Of a stretch of DNA of 64,000 nucleotides, positions 63,019 to 64,000 are shown piece by piece. The position numbers and the translations under genes were made by a program. The notes below the pieces were generated by a model that worked only from the letters and a program-made list of their open reading frames with translations, had not been told where the DNA came from and did no database searches. The stretch lies in IMG/VR virus record IMGVR_UViG_3300025141_000018; one strand, 5' to 3'. Positions within the stretch are counted from its first letter, which is position 1; each line of letters opens with the position of its first letter. The stretch is from a virus (taxonomy: Duplodnaviria > Caudoviricetes).

Positions 63019-64000
63019 TGCAATATTTTTACGACAAACAAATAAGAAGATATATACAACAATTTTTAAGGTTGTTTAATAACTTCTCTGTACAAATGGG
63101 ACATAACGATGTAGGCGAAGCCGAATACTTACGAGTACCTGTTAGGTATGCTAGTAAAGAACGCATGACATCTGCTATTTTAAAGAACAATAGTGAAAAT
63201 GTTGTTAATACTGTTCCTCTTATGGTAGGTTATGTTTCTAATATGCAAATGACTCCTGAAATGAGAATGTATCAAAACCATGAAGAAAAAGTTCAAGTAT
63301 ATGAAAAGAAATTTAACTATGGTACTGATGCATACGAAGATAAAGTAGGACAAACATATACAGTTGAAAGGCATATGCCTGTTCCATATAAGTTATTAAT
63401 GAACTTGGATATATGGACTAGCAACATGGATCAAAAGTTACAACTATTTGAACAAATAATGGTTATTTTTAATCCTACACTTAATATTAAATCTAGCAAC
63501 AATCCACTTGATTGGAGCAGTTTATCATATGTTCAATTAACTGAAGTTAATTTTACAACTCAAAGTATTCCATTAGGAACCGATGATGTTATTGATGTTG
63601 GAACACTAACATTTGAAATGCCTATTTTTATTAATCCTCCAGCGAAAATAAAAAAGCAAACAATAATTCATACTATTCTTACTGACATGGATGTGGTTGC
63701 AACAGGCGAATTAGAAGAATGGGAAGGTAGCAGTCCGGTATGGGATGCTTCAAATCAACATCAAACATATGTTATTGTCTCGGAAGAAAATTATCATGCT
63801 AAAGTTGCTGATAACGGAATACAGTTATTAGGTAGTGATTTAGCATCAACAGATGCAAGCGGTAATCCTTTAAGTTGGGCTACTGTACTTAAAGCATATG
63901 GTGAACTTAGTGCAGGTATAAGTCAATTAAGATTTAGAAATACAACAGATCCTGCTGATTCAAGTGCTGATATTTTAGGAACAATATCATTTAATAGCGG
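63018..64000 (+). CDS. Tail sheath stabiliser/tail completion protein (T4 gp15-like), truncated at the window end
   Basis: ATG at 63018 overlaps the upstream TAA; MQYFYDKQIRRY...VPVRYA...PVPYKL..NLDIWT...EQIMVIFNP; frame stays open to the end. Confidence 0.85.
   Translation, partial: MQYFYDKQIRRYIQQFLRLFNNFSVQMGHNDVGEAEYLRVPVRYASKERMTSAILKNNSENVVNTVPLMVGYVSNMQMTPEMRMYQNHEEKVQVYEKKFNYGTDAYEDKVGQTYTVERHMPVPYKLLMNLDIWTSNMDQKLQLFEQIMVIFNPTLNIKSSNNPLDWSSLSYVQLTEVNFTTQSIPLGTDDVIDVGTLTFEMPIFINPPAKIKKQTIIHTILTDMDVVATGELEEWEGSSPVWDASNQHQTYVIVSEENYHAKVADNGIQLLGSDLASTDASGNPLSWATVLKAYGELSAGISQLRFRNTTDPADSSADILGTISFNS

Noticed and set aside
1-64000. CRISPR array or mini-array
   Set aside because: No regularly spaced direct repeats with unique spacers were seen. 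The only exact long repeats noticed are the 21-bp tRNA copy and the paralogue patch.
1-64000. Stop-codon reassignment as in some jumbo phages
   Set aside because: Core genes (sheath, terminase, helicase, RNR, UvsW) are full length in the standard code, and TAG and TGA are used as real stops.

Overview
This 64 kb AT-rich window (roughly one-third GC by eye, not computed) is part of a large lytic T4-like (jumbo-type) myovirus genome, with almost all genes on the minus strand. Core genes include the gp41 helicase, gp61 primase, gp62-like clamp-loader subunit, UvsW, UvsX, UvsY, gp32, large and probable small terminase, gp4, tail tube, tail sheath, neck gp13/gp14, gp15 (truncated), a PAAR protein and a class II ribonucleotide reductase. 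T4-type late promoters (NATAAATA) and sigma70-type early promoters are visible. The left end holds a translation and proteostasis module: IF3 (UUG start), ribosomal protein bS21, Hsp20 with a ROSE-like thermometer leader, and a circularly permuted two-piece tmRNA whose intervening segment encodes a 28-aa membrane peptide. The middle holds many proteins with T4 internal-protein-like cleavable leaders, including two Pol-beta-type nucleotidyltransferases, plus a miniature DnaE-like polymerase. The right accessory region holds a MotA/MotB-like (ExbB/ExbD-like) cassette, a stand-alone gene with a structured 3' RNA, two radical SAM enzymes, an AapJ amino-acid binding protein, a membrane-anchored c-type cytochrome and three tRNAs. 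Host clues (two-piece tmRNA, AapJ, strong SD sites) point to a proteobacterium, probably alphaproteobacterial; this is inference. All protein calls come from motif recognition by eye; no database search was run.
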